A DNA stretch of 64,000 nucleotides from Paragordius varius (taxonomy: Eukaryota > Animalia > Nematomorpha): positions 6,262,001 to 6,326,000 of the forward strand of contig OZ176054.1 of NCBI GenBank assembly GCA_964247055.1, read 5' to 3'. The translations under genes and the position numbers were made by a program. Shown here piece after piece: positions 52,050 through 64,000 of this stretch; within the stretch, counting starts at the first letter, position 1, and the number at the start of each line of letters is the position of its first letter. The notes below the pieces were generated by a model. The model worked only from the letters and a program-made list of their open reading frames with translations. It searched no databases and was not told where the DNA came from.

Positions 52050-55000
52050 TCATTCTTCATCAGCTGTTAATACTCCATAGCGGATACCAATGTTCCTCAT
52101 AATTTTAAGGACCTGTTCCTGCATAAGATTAAAGCACATAGCGAGAATGGCCATCCCCACTAGTATATATAGGGATGTGATAGCCAATTTTTGTTTTGAA
52201 TTATCATCGTGACCAAGAACCTATGTCGATAAAATAATATCAAAATATATGGTTTGTGACTAAAAAATGACAAATAAATTTGACTTTGTTAATTCTTTTT
52301 TATGATAAATACGGACAGTAATAGCTCCGAAGTGAGGCTTGCTCAAAATTTAATTTTTTCTTTCTGATAATACTAACCCTTTGCTGTATTGTTATTGTCA
52401 ATAAGTCCCTTCGAATTTTAAAATTAAATGTAAAAATTTGAAGTGGTATAACCTAATTATTAACTAAAAATTGCACATAAACTTAATCAAAAAGCTATAA
52501 AAAAGAGTGGTTAACACCTACAAATATTTAATACAAAAACTAATGTAGGACCTACCTTATCTCCTGGAACCAAATCGCCAAACCCTATTGTACTCAGTGT
52601 TATAAAACAAAAGTATGATCCATCAATGTAATCCCATTCCTCCCAGGTTGAGAAAAGAATCGTTCCTCCCATAACGTAAGCAACGACAACCGTTATACTT
52701 AGCCAAATGGGCACTGTGATTCTATCATAGGAATAACACTTTTTTGGATCTTTAACCATTAAATTTTCAGCGTTTGGAAGTGATTGGGATCGTTTAAGCA
52801 CCACGGCTCTATGAGGTCCGTTTGTTGGTAGTAAGGATTGTCGAGGGGCTAAAATTGTTTAATATTTTTCAAAATTACCAGTTATTTTTTAAATGATTTA
52901 GTAGTTATACCGTTTTAAAACCAATATTACCAATTATTTTGTTAATGTGAAATATATTTACAAAATTATAAGATCAAAAATAAAGTATCTATTTGATAGA
53001 ATGTATATTTCATCATATTGGATAAACATGGTATCAACTATAATTGAATTAAACTCAGATGGGGTGATAATCTTATGCGCATTAAATTAAAATTAATTTT
53101 AACCAATAAAGTTATGAATTTTAAAAGAAACCGATTCTAAAATGATTCTATGGAACAAGTTCTCCCTATTATATGCAATTTCAGCGGCTCTTTACCCGTA
53201 ATTGTTTTGAATTCCAAAACTTTAACTTGTTTTCTAATTTTGGTTGTTAGTCCTGGTTTTTAAATTTGAATACAAATATGCCAAATGCTCTCATTTTACT
53301 ATTAAACTTAATTATATATGCATAAAATTTGGTCGATTTGTGTAATTAAGTGTTTTTTAAGAAATCTAGTAATATTTAAATTGTAAATTAAGCGTTATTT
53401 TAAAAGACAATTAAAAAATTTGTAGTTTTAATAAAATAATTGAAGAATCTTACGTCATTAAAAATATCAATCCTAATTTAATTTTAGCGAACTCCAAAAT
53501 AATAAATATCCCAAAATGCTTTATTTTTTAAAAAAATCCATTGAAAATAAATTAGGATTAAGAATTTTTAGGTTATTAATGAATGCAGACCATGAATGCG
53601 GCAGCTTTGAAAAACCACTCAAAAATCATATATTAATGATATTGGAAATATTTTCATAACATTTATAATAATTTACTAAAAAATTACTTACTTTCTACAA
53701 TAATTGAAGGCGATTTTTCAGTACATCGGTTTATAACTGTATTGTCTTTTATATCATTATTTGGTGTATTGATGGGTATATGATTATTAACAAATAATTT
53801 ATTAGTCATGTCATTTTCCATGTTAATTGTAGGATTTAGAAAATTATTGGAATCCTCGTCTAAGCGAAAAGTTATACGTTTAGGAGAAGATTTTGGGCTG
53901 GAGTTTTCCTCATTATCCAATTTTGATGGTGGTTGCGCTAATGCTGTATTGAATGATGAAGATTTAACAATGCCCAATTTTATGATAAGATGACTATTTT
54001 TGCGTTCATTATTGGATAAGGGTGATTCATTATTAGATGGTACACTAACAGACAAATTATTATTAACATATACAGGATCATAGAAATCTGATTGTATGAT
54101 TTTGGGATCACCCTTCTTAATTTGTAAAACTGGTGATGACTGAGGTTCATAATTTAAACACGAACCAGTTAATTGGTTATTTGTCCCATTTGTTTTGAGG
54201 GGTGTTGGGACATTATTTTGTTCGCCTTTTTTAAGGTATTTGTGATTTTTGGTTTCTAAATTACGATTTAGATTATCGGATTGCATATTTTTCCCTACTT
54301 CTACCTGATCTGAAGGATTGTGCACAAAAATTTTATTTTTCTTTTTGGATTCCGCGGCTAATTTGGCATTTTTTTCTGCGGCTTTTTTATTTTGTTTTTC
54401 AATCATTTTTTGGCGTTTCTTCTCTTCTTTACGACTTTTGACACTTTTTGACCGTTTGAGTTCTTCTTTTAACTGTTTCTCCAAACGCTTTTTATCCATA
54501 ATTTGGGATTCGATTTTATTGATCGATTTAGATCTTCGTTGACTGCCATCATACATATCAGAGTCGCTTGTGCCCGATATCTCGTTCAACAGAATTGAAT
54601 CATTCCCTGCTTTCATATTGCCGTTGGATAACACTCTTCCTGTTTCGATATCAATGGGTGTTTGGATTCCCAAATCGGATATTGATTTTCTACGTACTCT
54701 TTTATGACTTTTGGTGCGATTTTGAGCTAATTTTTTATTTGAGTTTGAATTGGTTGAAGCTTTCCTACAACATATGCAGCAACAACAGCAGGATTTAACA
54801 CAACGAAAATAGACATATTTAAACAAATGAGCCAAAAATCCACCAATGTTCGTTATGTAAAGCAATAAAATTGGAATTCCGAAAACGGCATATATCATGG
54901 TAACTATTTTACCCCACACAGTTTTAGGCGTCAAATTTCCATAACCTAGAAATATAGATTAACATTATTTTCGTAGCCAAATATAATAATTATATCTTAT

Positions 55001-56877
55001 TTTATACCTATTGTTGTTATGACTGTGAGGGAATACAAAAAAGCTTCGTTAAGGGACCATCGTGGACGAAAATCTTCTGATCTTATGTGAGTGCCATTGA
55101 AACCTTTTTGTACCAATTTTATGAGTTTGTTTTGGTAGGCCTTTAATTCACGGCCAACACCCATGGTATGGGCATGCTTATTTAAGGGTTCAATCCGTTT
55201 TTGTAATGCCCATATCCGAACAGCCGTGTCCCTCCTTAGCTGATCAATGTCGACATGAAAAGCTCGTTCGTTGGGATACTCCAAAGCCCGAAATGTAAAC
55301 GCACCTAATATTTTGTAATATTTTAATAGTTGATCATGAAAATTAACTAAATTGGGAACCTTAATGTGATATTGTTTTATATTTTACAATCCGAAACAAG
55401 ATTCAATGCTGAGATCGAAAGCAGTGGCCAGATAACCTGTCCCTCTCTCCCTAAGGAAATTTGTATAAATCCATCCCCAGTTGTCAACTACTGATTAATC
55501 AATTTTTGGACTTATACAAAAAAATATTAGATTAAGCACAAGGCTAGTTGAATAGAACATTCCCCATAGATAAAATACAAAGTCATAAGTAGGAGTATGC
55601 ATAATAAATTTCATACCCATCAAAGTGTATCCAATAACAAGTATGCAAATGCCAACGTGACTAAAGGCATATTTAATGCATAAACGACAAATATTTTTGC
55701 ATGTTTGTGGTTTCTTTTTCCTGGCGTGGGCTTGATCATATATACCACCTCCTGGTGAGAAGATGGAAGGATTCCTGAATTGACCATTAGCTTCCATATC
55801 GACTATAATGGTATTTAGATTAAGCGGTGCATGGCTAAGATCTTTCGTGCCAAGTTCTTGCTTTAGTTCTTGAGTCAATGCTTGACGCTGTTGATCCCCC
55901 ATTTCAAGGCTGAGTAGAAGGCCGGTTCCAAGCCCACGTTCAAAATGTTTCCTACTTTCGGCTCGTATAAATTGGTGCATAGGGTTGTTAGTTTCATCTT
56001 TGGATTTTTTGTGATCAGTGGTAGAATGTTTGCCATTCTTTGTGTTGTTGTTATTTAAACGCCATTTTTTATCCTTCTTAGCAGAGGATGATACAATACT
56101 ATTATAAAAATACTCCTCGGGCAATCTGAGATTAGGTAATGATGGTAACGAAGGTTTAGCCGTTGCAAACATTTCATCAATCAAGCGATTCTCTCGATTA
56201 TATGGTTCAGATTGTCTAGAATCTGTGTGTTTTTTTTTTGGTGAAAAAAAAAATAAAAAAAATAATAAGTTTAATTATACACAACAGCATACGCTTTCAA
56301 ATAATATTATAAGAAAATGTGTAATTTTTTTATACATTTATTTTTTATTTTCGCAAAATATTTTACGTTAATAATCCAGTTCAACATCATACTTTAATCT
56401 GATAAGGGCAAAAAGGACCCAGTATAAATTACGTCTGAGGTCATCCACAAAAAAATGACATTTAATATTGCTTTATTATTTATTAATTTTATTGTTTAAT
56501 CAAGATTAACAATATGATATTTATGTCAAATCTATGATATATAAAAAATCAATACCCGCAAAAAATATAGAAATGAAAAATTACATTAGGTTTTTTTGCA
56601 AATAAACGAGTCTATATAAAATAAAGTATATTAGTCTTTTCATCTCATATCAAGACCCAATTTTAATCATAATTTAAACACTTTAGCAAATTAAAAAAAA
56701 TCATAAAAAAATATAAATATGAAATTTTTAAATCAAAATGTTACAATTTATGGGGAGTGTGGACTCCATTTCAGGAACCGAGAATGGAAATAAAGGTTCA
56801 TCTTTGGGTTGTTGATAATGGGGTTCTCCTTCCTGCGCTATAACGCAAAATGAAGGTTTACGGATTTCATTTAACAT
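52050..56877 (-). CDS. Two-pore-domain K+ channel, TWK/TRESK (KCNK18)-like, with a very long M2-M3 loop
   Basis: M1 HVGICILVIGYTLMG/AFTFRALE; P1 WSLNEAFLYSLTVITTIG/YGNLTPKT; M2 IYAVFGIPILLLYITNIG; M3 VPIWLSITVVVAYVMGG; P2 FCFITLSTIGFGDLVPG; M4 SLYILVGMAILAMCFNLMQE. The start exon (56877) is less certain. Confidence 0.88.
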
Positions 56878-58936
56878 ATTTGCAATATTAATAGATATTA
56901 TTTATTATTGCGGAATGTCGGATTGATATATCGTAAATTTTGGATATTTCAAATAAACAAAAATTTTAAATAAAAATTATATGTAACTAAATAATATATT
57001 TTGAGTCAATTAAACAATTTGTAATTTTAGTTTTTAGCAATATAATAACTTTATTGTATAATTTTGACTGATGCTTTCATATTTTTATTATCATAAGGTA
57101 ATCTGATACATCATTTGTCGGTTATTTAAAAATTTTGCTGCAATCCTAGCAAGCTTAATATTGTTATTTTACGCAAAATCTCACAATGTAAATTGCAACA
57201 AATAATGCATATTATTTTGTAATTAATATTGACTGACCAACTTAAAAGTCAATTTATCTACTCATGTAATACAAATTATAAAATCCATTCTCTTAATATA
57301 CATAAAATATAATATGGCAAATTAATATATTAAACATTTTATGTTTGAAAATTGTTTCCACAATATATTATTGGAATATTTTTGTTTAAAAATTTTAATA
57401 ACCATGTTATATTTTGTTATCATGCACGATAAGTTGAAACCGATCAAAATCATTAACACCATATGGTATTGTTTATTTTAAATTGATTTTTGTTTTTTTC
57501 TCAAACAAAAAATTATCATGGAAAAATATTAAAAAAAGTCATTATCGATTTATCTTGAATTGTTAATAAACTTTTATTAAAAAAAATTGTGATTTTTTAA
57601 TGTTAAAAAAAATATTTTGTTTTTTTCGGTAGACATTTTCAAACTTTGATGGGGTATCTACTTCTAGCCAAAAACCAATCCATGATTGATCAAGATAAGT
57701 TTGTCATTAAAATATAGTTCCACAAAAACAACACTTTTCTCTGAGTGTTTTTAAAAATATAATAAAAATTTTTTGAAAGCGAAATTTTAAAATTTATGAA
57801 AGACTTTTTTATAATAATGCGCCCAAGTATTTAATTTAAAATGTTTCGAGTTAAATCACTTTTAAATGCCTAAAATATATAGCATTATAAATATTTCATA
57901 TTTAAAAGGTGCACCCTGTGAGGTGAATTCTTGTCAAATGATATTATTAAGGTCATTAAGCTAAATCCATTTTTTTATTAACCTTTTCAACGCCATTACT
58001 TATCAAAAATTTAGTCGTGTGTTAATACGGTCCGCAACCATGTTACAGCCAAATAAATAATTCATATTATCGTTCATGAAATTTAGACATGATGGCAAAT
58101 GACATGCATGTTTTCAAATAAAAATTTCTTAAAAAATAGAAAAATATTATTAATGCTTATTTAAATATCAGTTATTCTATGTAGACACATAGTGCTCACA
58201 AAAAAACATCATGATAAAAAATGTGTCAATATTCTCATGGTGCTTTTGGTATTGGGCCTTACGAATGATTGGATAAAGTTATGTTAACTTTGGAGGTAAT
58301 TGTTACATTTCGAAAAATTTGAAGAAATTTGTGCAATAATGCTGAAAATTAGTTTTTTTTTAAAAAATAAACGTTATTGAATTCCCAACACAATGAATGC
58401 TATTCATCGATATTAGATATCTTTAATAGAATAGATTTTTATAGAAAACGTGTTTTTAAATATCTTAAAGTGTTATACAATAACTTCAAAAAAGTTAAAT
58501 TTAAAAATACACGTTTTTTTAGGAATAATTATAATGTCATAATCAGCTTTAATTCAAATTTATCGCATCTCCGTTCTTTTGAGATTTTAAAATAATGGTT
58601 TATTTTAGCAGGGTCAAGTTAGGACCTATTTTAGAAAAAATTCAAGACCGTTTTTTGTTCTTTAAATTTTTTATTAAGAAATAAATCGATTGGCTTTTAT
58701 ATGCGCTAACTTTACGTATCTCGTTAAAATTATATTTATAAATGACTTATTTTTTTGTTATGAGAGATCAATATCAACATAAAAAATTATAACAAAAATA
58801 ATTTCCCAAAAAAAACTCTAAAATTTAAATTTAAGTGACAAAACTTGTATAAAAATTTATATGAATACATTATTAGACATAATAAAATCCTTATTTTTTA
58901 TTATATAAAATTTATTATATAATCTTATTGGATAAA

Positions 58937-61900
58937 TTAGGTTAAATTTTGCAAAAAAGTGTCAATGTCATATTCTTTTTCATAGGCTTGGGTAGTATTC
59001 CACATTGAATCCAATTCTGTTAAATATGCTTTAAATGTTCCTGATTTATTTTTATTGGATTCTTCACCGTCAGCATTTTTATTGATGCCTTTCAACAGTT
59101 CCGCAACAGGCGTTTGTTTAGTTTGAAATAAGGTGAGTATCTTTTGATTTGAAGTTAAACTGGTATCGGAATTTTCATCATTGATAATTGTATTGGCTAT
59201 TTTAAGTTTGAAATTTTGTAACCTATTAATAAATGATTATATACGAAATAGATTAATCATTCATTTAAAAAATAAAAAGTTCAGTGGTAAATTATTTAAA
59301 TAAAGTAATCCAGTTTAAACCCCATTATTCGTTCTTCCAGAGTATTTTTGGTTATGAGCCGATAAACATTTACTGTTTTCTTTTGTCCAATTCGATGGGC
59401 TCTATCCATTGCCTAAAAATAATTTTCGATATATGTGGTTATTTTGTGGGAAAAGATATTATTATTATATAAACTGAACAAAACTTGTAAATCAATCATC
59501 GGATTCCAATCATGTTCGAAAAATATAACAACATCAGCACCTGTAAGATTCAAACCTAAACCACCAACTTTGGTTGTCAAAAGTAGTATTTTGAGATCTA
59601 ACAGTAAATATATTCAATTAGTATACAAACTAATATAAAATAGATAAATTCTATAATTTTCACCTGGATTCGTATTGAATTCCTGTACTATTTGTAATCG
59701 CTTGTGATTGGGTACGTTTTTGTCTAAAACTCTTATAGAATCAGGTGTTGTTTTAGTTATGTCATTTTTTAACCATTGAGACGTTAGGGTAGTATATACC
59801 ATTTGTAGTGCTTCACTGTATTGGAAAAATATTATTGCTTTATGGGAATTATTATTATTGCTGATTTCATCGAGAGGGTGGTATGTTGTTGAGCCATTGT
59901 TGGACAACCATTTTTTACTTGTAGCTTTGCTATTTTTAAGGTTAACATTGTTGAAAGAATTATCTTGATTTTGTGTTTCATTTATATTGTCCACATTAGG
60001 CTGAGGTATTAATTCACATTCCTATTATGAAAATTAGATATGTATCCATAAAATTAATCAAATACCAAAGTATATAACTATATGTATAAATAGGAATAAT
60101 AATATATGAAAACCTCAAGTCAAACAGTTATAATGAGGGCTAACAATACTGAAACAAGTATAAAAAACAAAGAGGTTTAAGATTTCTCAAAATTTTTTGT
60201 TTAATTTTCTAATCAAATTTAAATTTATATGATTTATTTCATGGAGTTTTAAAAATATATTTACACACCCGTAATTATCGCTTACCATTAGCAATTCTTT
60301 TAGAGCCATAAGCTTTCCTGAGAGACGATAATTATTTTGTAAATTAAGGATTTTATCATCAAAATCTATTTCTAGATTATTGTTTTCTATGGTGTCATTA
60401 TAATTATTATTATTATTACTAATAAATTTATTCCATAAATACAATTTATGTGGCGTAAAATTTTTGGCAAAAGAAGATTTGAGCATGAAATATGGGTGAT
60501 TACAAATTTTTCTCATATAATGTAATGATTTAAAAACATGACCGGCTTCTTTTTTTACCATATTAGGAAGAGGTTCTGCTGGCATGGAACTAAATAAAAT
60601 AATGAAAAATCGAAGAAACTATCAAAGCGCCAAAATTTATAATGGGTATATTAATATACGCTAACATTTTAATATTTAAGGCAATCATATCATATTAATT
60701 CAATTAAATTAAATAACTTCTTAAAAAACCAAAGATGTGGAAAAATATAATGTGGAATTATGGTACAAGTTAACACATACTCCATTGCCATTTTGTTATT
60801 TTCGTGTGATTCATCCGTTTCAAGTGATATATGCATTTTTGATATCCAATCATTGTACAATTCCTCTTGCATAGGAGTTAATTCACAATAATAATCTTGA
60901 ATTATTTTGGGCGGTAAATCATGTAAAACTTGAGCCTTGGTCCTTCTCAAAAGAAAAGGTAATAGCAGTTTATGTAATTGTTCCAAACATTGCATGCCTA
61001 TTAATTAAAAAATTTAATTTAAATTCTAAAGTAGATAAAACATAAAAAGTAAAACTAATTTTTTTGATAACGACAGCCTAATTATACTATAGCTATGTAA
61101 AATATATATAATTGATTTTGTAATCAATTTTCATCTTTATTTATTTTGAACCAAAAACAATACGTTATATAAAAAATCAGGGTTTTACAAATAAAATCTA
61201 TAAATTAATATTTGTCTTTTAGGTTTAACGTCGTCTTGTCTTTCTATTTTCAATTTTTAATGTAATACTATGAACAAACCTAAAAAGTATCTATATTTTT
61301 AGACAGTGTTTGTTAATACAAGATATAAATTATAATGTTTAATACAACCATGGTTTTGGTTCGCCAATAGGGATATAGAAGCAAATCGGTAACACATTCA
61401 ATTATAAACTTCATAATATTAAAAAAAGTGTCAAAAAAAATTATTTTCCTTATAAAAAATAGTTTTTTACATTTTTATGTCATAATTTTGATTTATATTG
61501 TATTAAAATTTTATAAATTTAATTTTACAAGGACGTATAAAGTTTAATAAAAATAGTTATAATAACAACCAATTTCTTGGGTTTTTGAATTCGATTTTGT
61601 ATCTTTTAGCAAAGTAACAGCACGGCCAAAATTTTGGTTAAAAACTTTTTCGGTTTCTCCCAAATATCCTGGCATAAGGAAATCGAATAAAGACCACAAT
61701 TCTGTAATACTGTTTTGTAATGGTGTACCGGTCAAAATTAATCTATATAATAAAAATTTCCATGTAAATAAAACTGATTTTAATGTTAGTTAACACTGTT
61801 TATATGATGAAAATTATACATTAGTCGTAAATATTAATTAGGATACTATCTGGTATTTTTAGTACTTCGAATCTATTTTATATAAAGTTAGATTTTGGAA

Positions 61901-62904
61901 TACTTGGAATTTGCCTTGATAGATTTTATTGCAATCGAAAGCTTAGTTTTGGGATTTTTTATCACATGTCCTTCATCCAATATACAGTAGTCTAAAGTAC
62001 CATTGAAACCTATAAGAAGAGTCAAAAATAGGTTAAAATTATAATATAAAAACTATTACTGATTTCAATAATATAAAAATCTTACCACGATAAGTGTTTG
62101 AAACAAAAGTTTTACAATTGCTCCCAAAATTTTCACCATGAGTACGGGCTGTATCGTAACTTATCACAAATACTACACCGTAAATTTCCTCTTTATCTCT
62201 AAAAGATATAAATTTAAGTTAATCAATGAAAAATATAATTTACCATTATTTTCTGACAAAAAGTCTAATTCTAAAAGCAAAATAATGTATATAAACTCTT
62301 TATTTGGGTCTTCAGTGACAAAACAGGCTGGTTGTAATTGTGTTATTGGAAATGTTTTAAGAAATGTGGTATATTTTTCAATTTCATAGCACCAATGATA
62401 CACTAAACTTGAGGGGCAAATTACCAGGGAATGTGTTAAATTCGATTTCGGTAACCTTGATTTTGGATTTGATATTTCTTTATTGCTTTCAAATTGGGAT
62501 TTTTCAACAGTTTTTACTTCAATGGAATGGCATAATATTGCACCCACAGCTTGTAAAGTTTTACCTAACAAGGGTCAAAAAAAGTCATAAAAATATTAAT
62601 TTTAAATAATATAAGCGTAAATATTGATGCACAACACATTTTCTTTCTAATATAAAAAGAGATGGTATTTTAAACCAGTAAAAAAATAATAACTAATACA
62701 TCGCTTATAAAAACAGTCATACGCATACCCAACCAGTTTGAAAAGTGAATTAGTAATATATTTATACATACCTAATCCCATATCATCGCACAATATACCA
62801 TTTAAATGGTATTGACGTAAGAAATTAAGCCATACAATTCCCTGTTGCTGATAACTTCTTAATTGGATATCTGAATGGAGGGCTTGGAATAATTGATGCT
62901 CCAA
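58937..62904 (-). CDS. BTAF1: TBP-associated SNF2 ATPase BTAF1/Mot1, C-terminal part (5' exons continue to or beyond the window end)
   Basis: [159 protein letters not shown] and a Mot1-like tail ([15 protein letters not shown]). Confidence 0.92.
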
Positions 62905-64000
62905 AATATGGCTAAAAATTGTTTTAAGATTAAAAATGTGCCATATTAAAAAATTGATAAAGAATTTTTTTAAATATTAAAATATATTATCAAGTATAAT
63001 ATAATTTTCATATCTTTAAAACGAATCAATTATGAAGAAATTATAAAAAAATCAGTAGATTTAATTAATAAATGGAATGGATATTAAGCAATGATTCAAA
63101 GAATATAATATGATCAAACAAATCAGTAAATTCGAACGAATAACCCTTTCAAAGAGCCATTCAATGCCCATTAGATAAAGCAAAAAAAAACCAAAAATAA
63201 AAAGTTAATTAGCTTAAATTTTTTTAATAAAAATCAATTGCACCCGTTATTAATCGCATTAAATTGTTACATTGAGAAAAAACAAAACCTTTTATGTTGT
63301 CCCATGCCTTCATTCACAATATTTAATTTTGGTTTGATTAATTGTGTCAAAAATTGACTACCCCTGTCATAAGCATCTTGGAGTTGAGGTTCATTAGAAA
63401 AGGGATTTCCTAGGGATGTATTCTACAAAATTTAAAAATTATTATAATTTTTTTTATAATAAAACAGTTATTATTGTATATACGTTTGCGTCTACTTGGC
63501 TTTTATTGTATTAAAACTAGGTAATTCAAATTTGTTTAAATTAAATTTAGATTCAGTTTAAATTCTTGTTAAACGGTTCCAAAACTTTCAAAATAATACT
63601 TAGTTCTCTTACGTAGCGAAATATAAAAAAATGTAAACAACTGAACCTTTCCAAAAAATAATTTATACAAATATATCCCCACTTATCATTATTATTAAAA
63701 TTGAATTCCATAACATCTATTTTATTACCAAAATATATGTATGATTTGAAAACTTTTATAATCACCATATTATGATGCTACAAATTATATTAATCAAAAA
63801 AGTTTAATTTAAGTTCACCATACAATTAACAACCACATATAATGGGTATTTTGACACTGTTTTTTTGATATCATACGATTCTAACTACGTTTTCAATTTT
63901 TAAAAACGTACTCTTTGAAAAACAAATCTGACTTTATAATAAAATATCCAATAACCAATTCTTAAAAATTTTAATTTCCTAGGAATTAAAAATAATGAAT

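Overview
Very AT-rich eukaryotic DNA, most likely from a compact-genome animal; the organism cannot be named from sequence alone. Five recognisable intron-containing host genes are present: TMEM104 (-), cyclin K (+), CDC45 (+), a TWK/TRESK-like K2P channel (-) and the 3' part of BTAF1/Mot1 (-). A sixth gene (3197-22282, -) was assembled by hand from about 38 phase-compatible exons. It encodes a signal peptide, a Thr-rich stalk and six tandem copies of a ~175-195-aa four-cysteine domain that I do not recognise. Many introns are only 21-33 nt, including two inside a Chapaev3-type transposase. A full-length RTE-type LINE (29970-34803, 15-bp TSD) begins exactly at the predicted cleavage site of a canonical HDV-like ribozyme fold. 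That LINE is interrupted by a recently inserted, internally deleted Gypsy-derived LTR element with identical 294-bp LTRs. Other mobile DNA includes a hAT relic, foldback elements with 21-bp arrays, a self-nested TTAA MITE and hairpin MITEs. All exon and structure calls were read by eye; no database searches were run.
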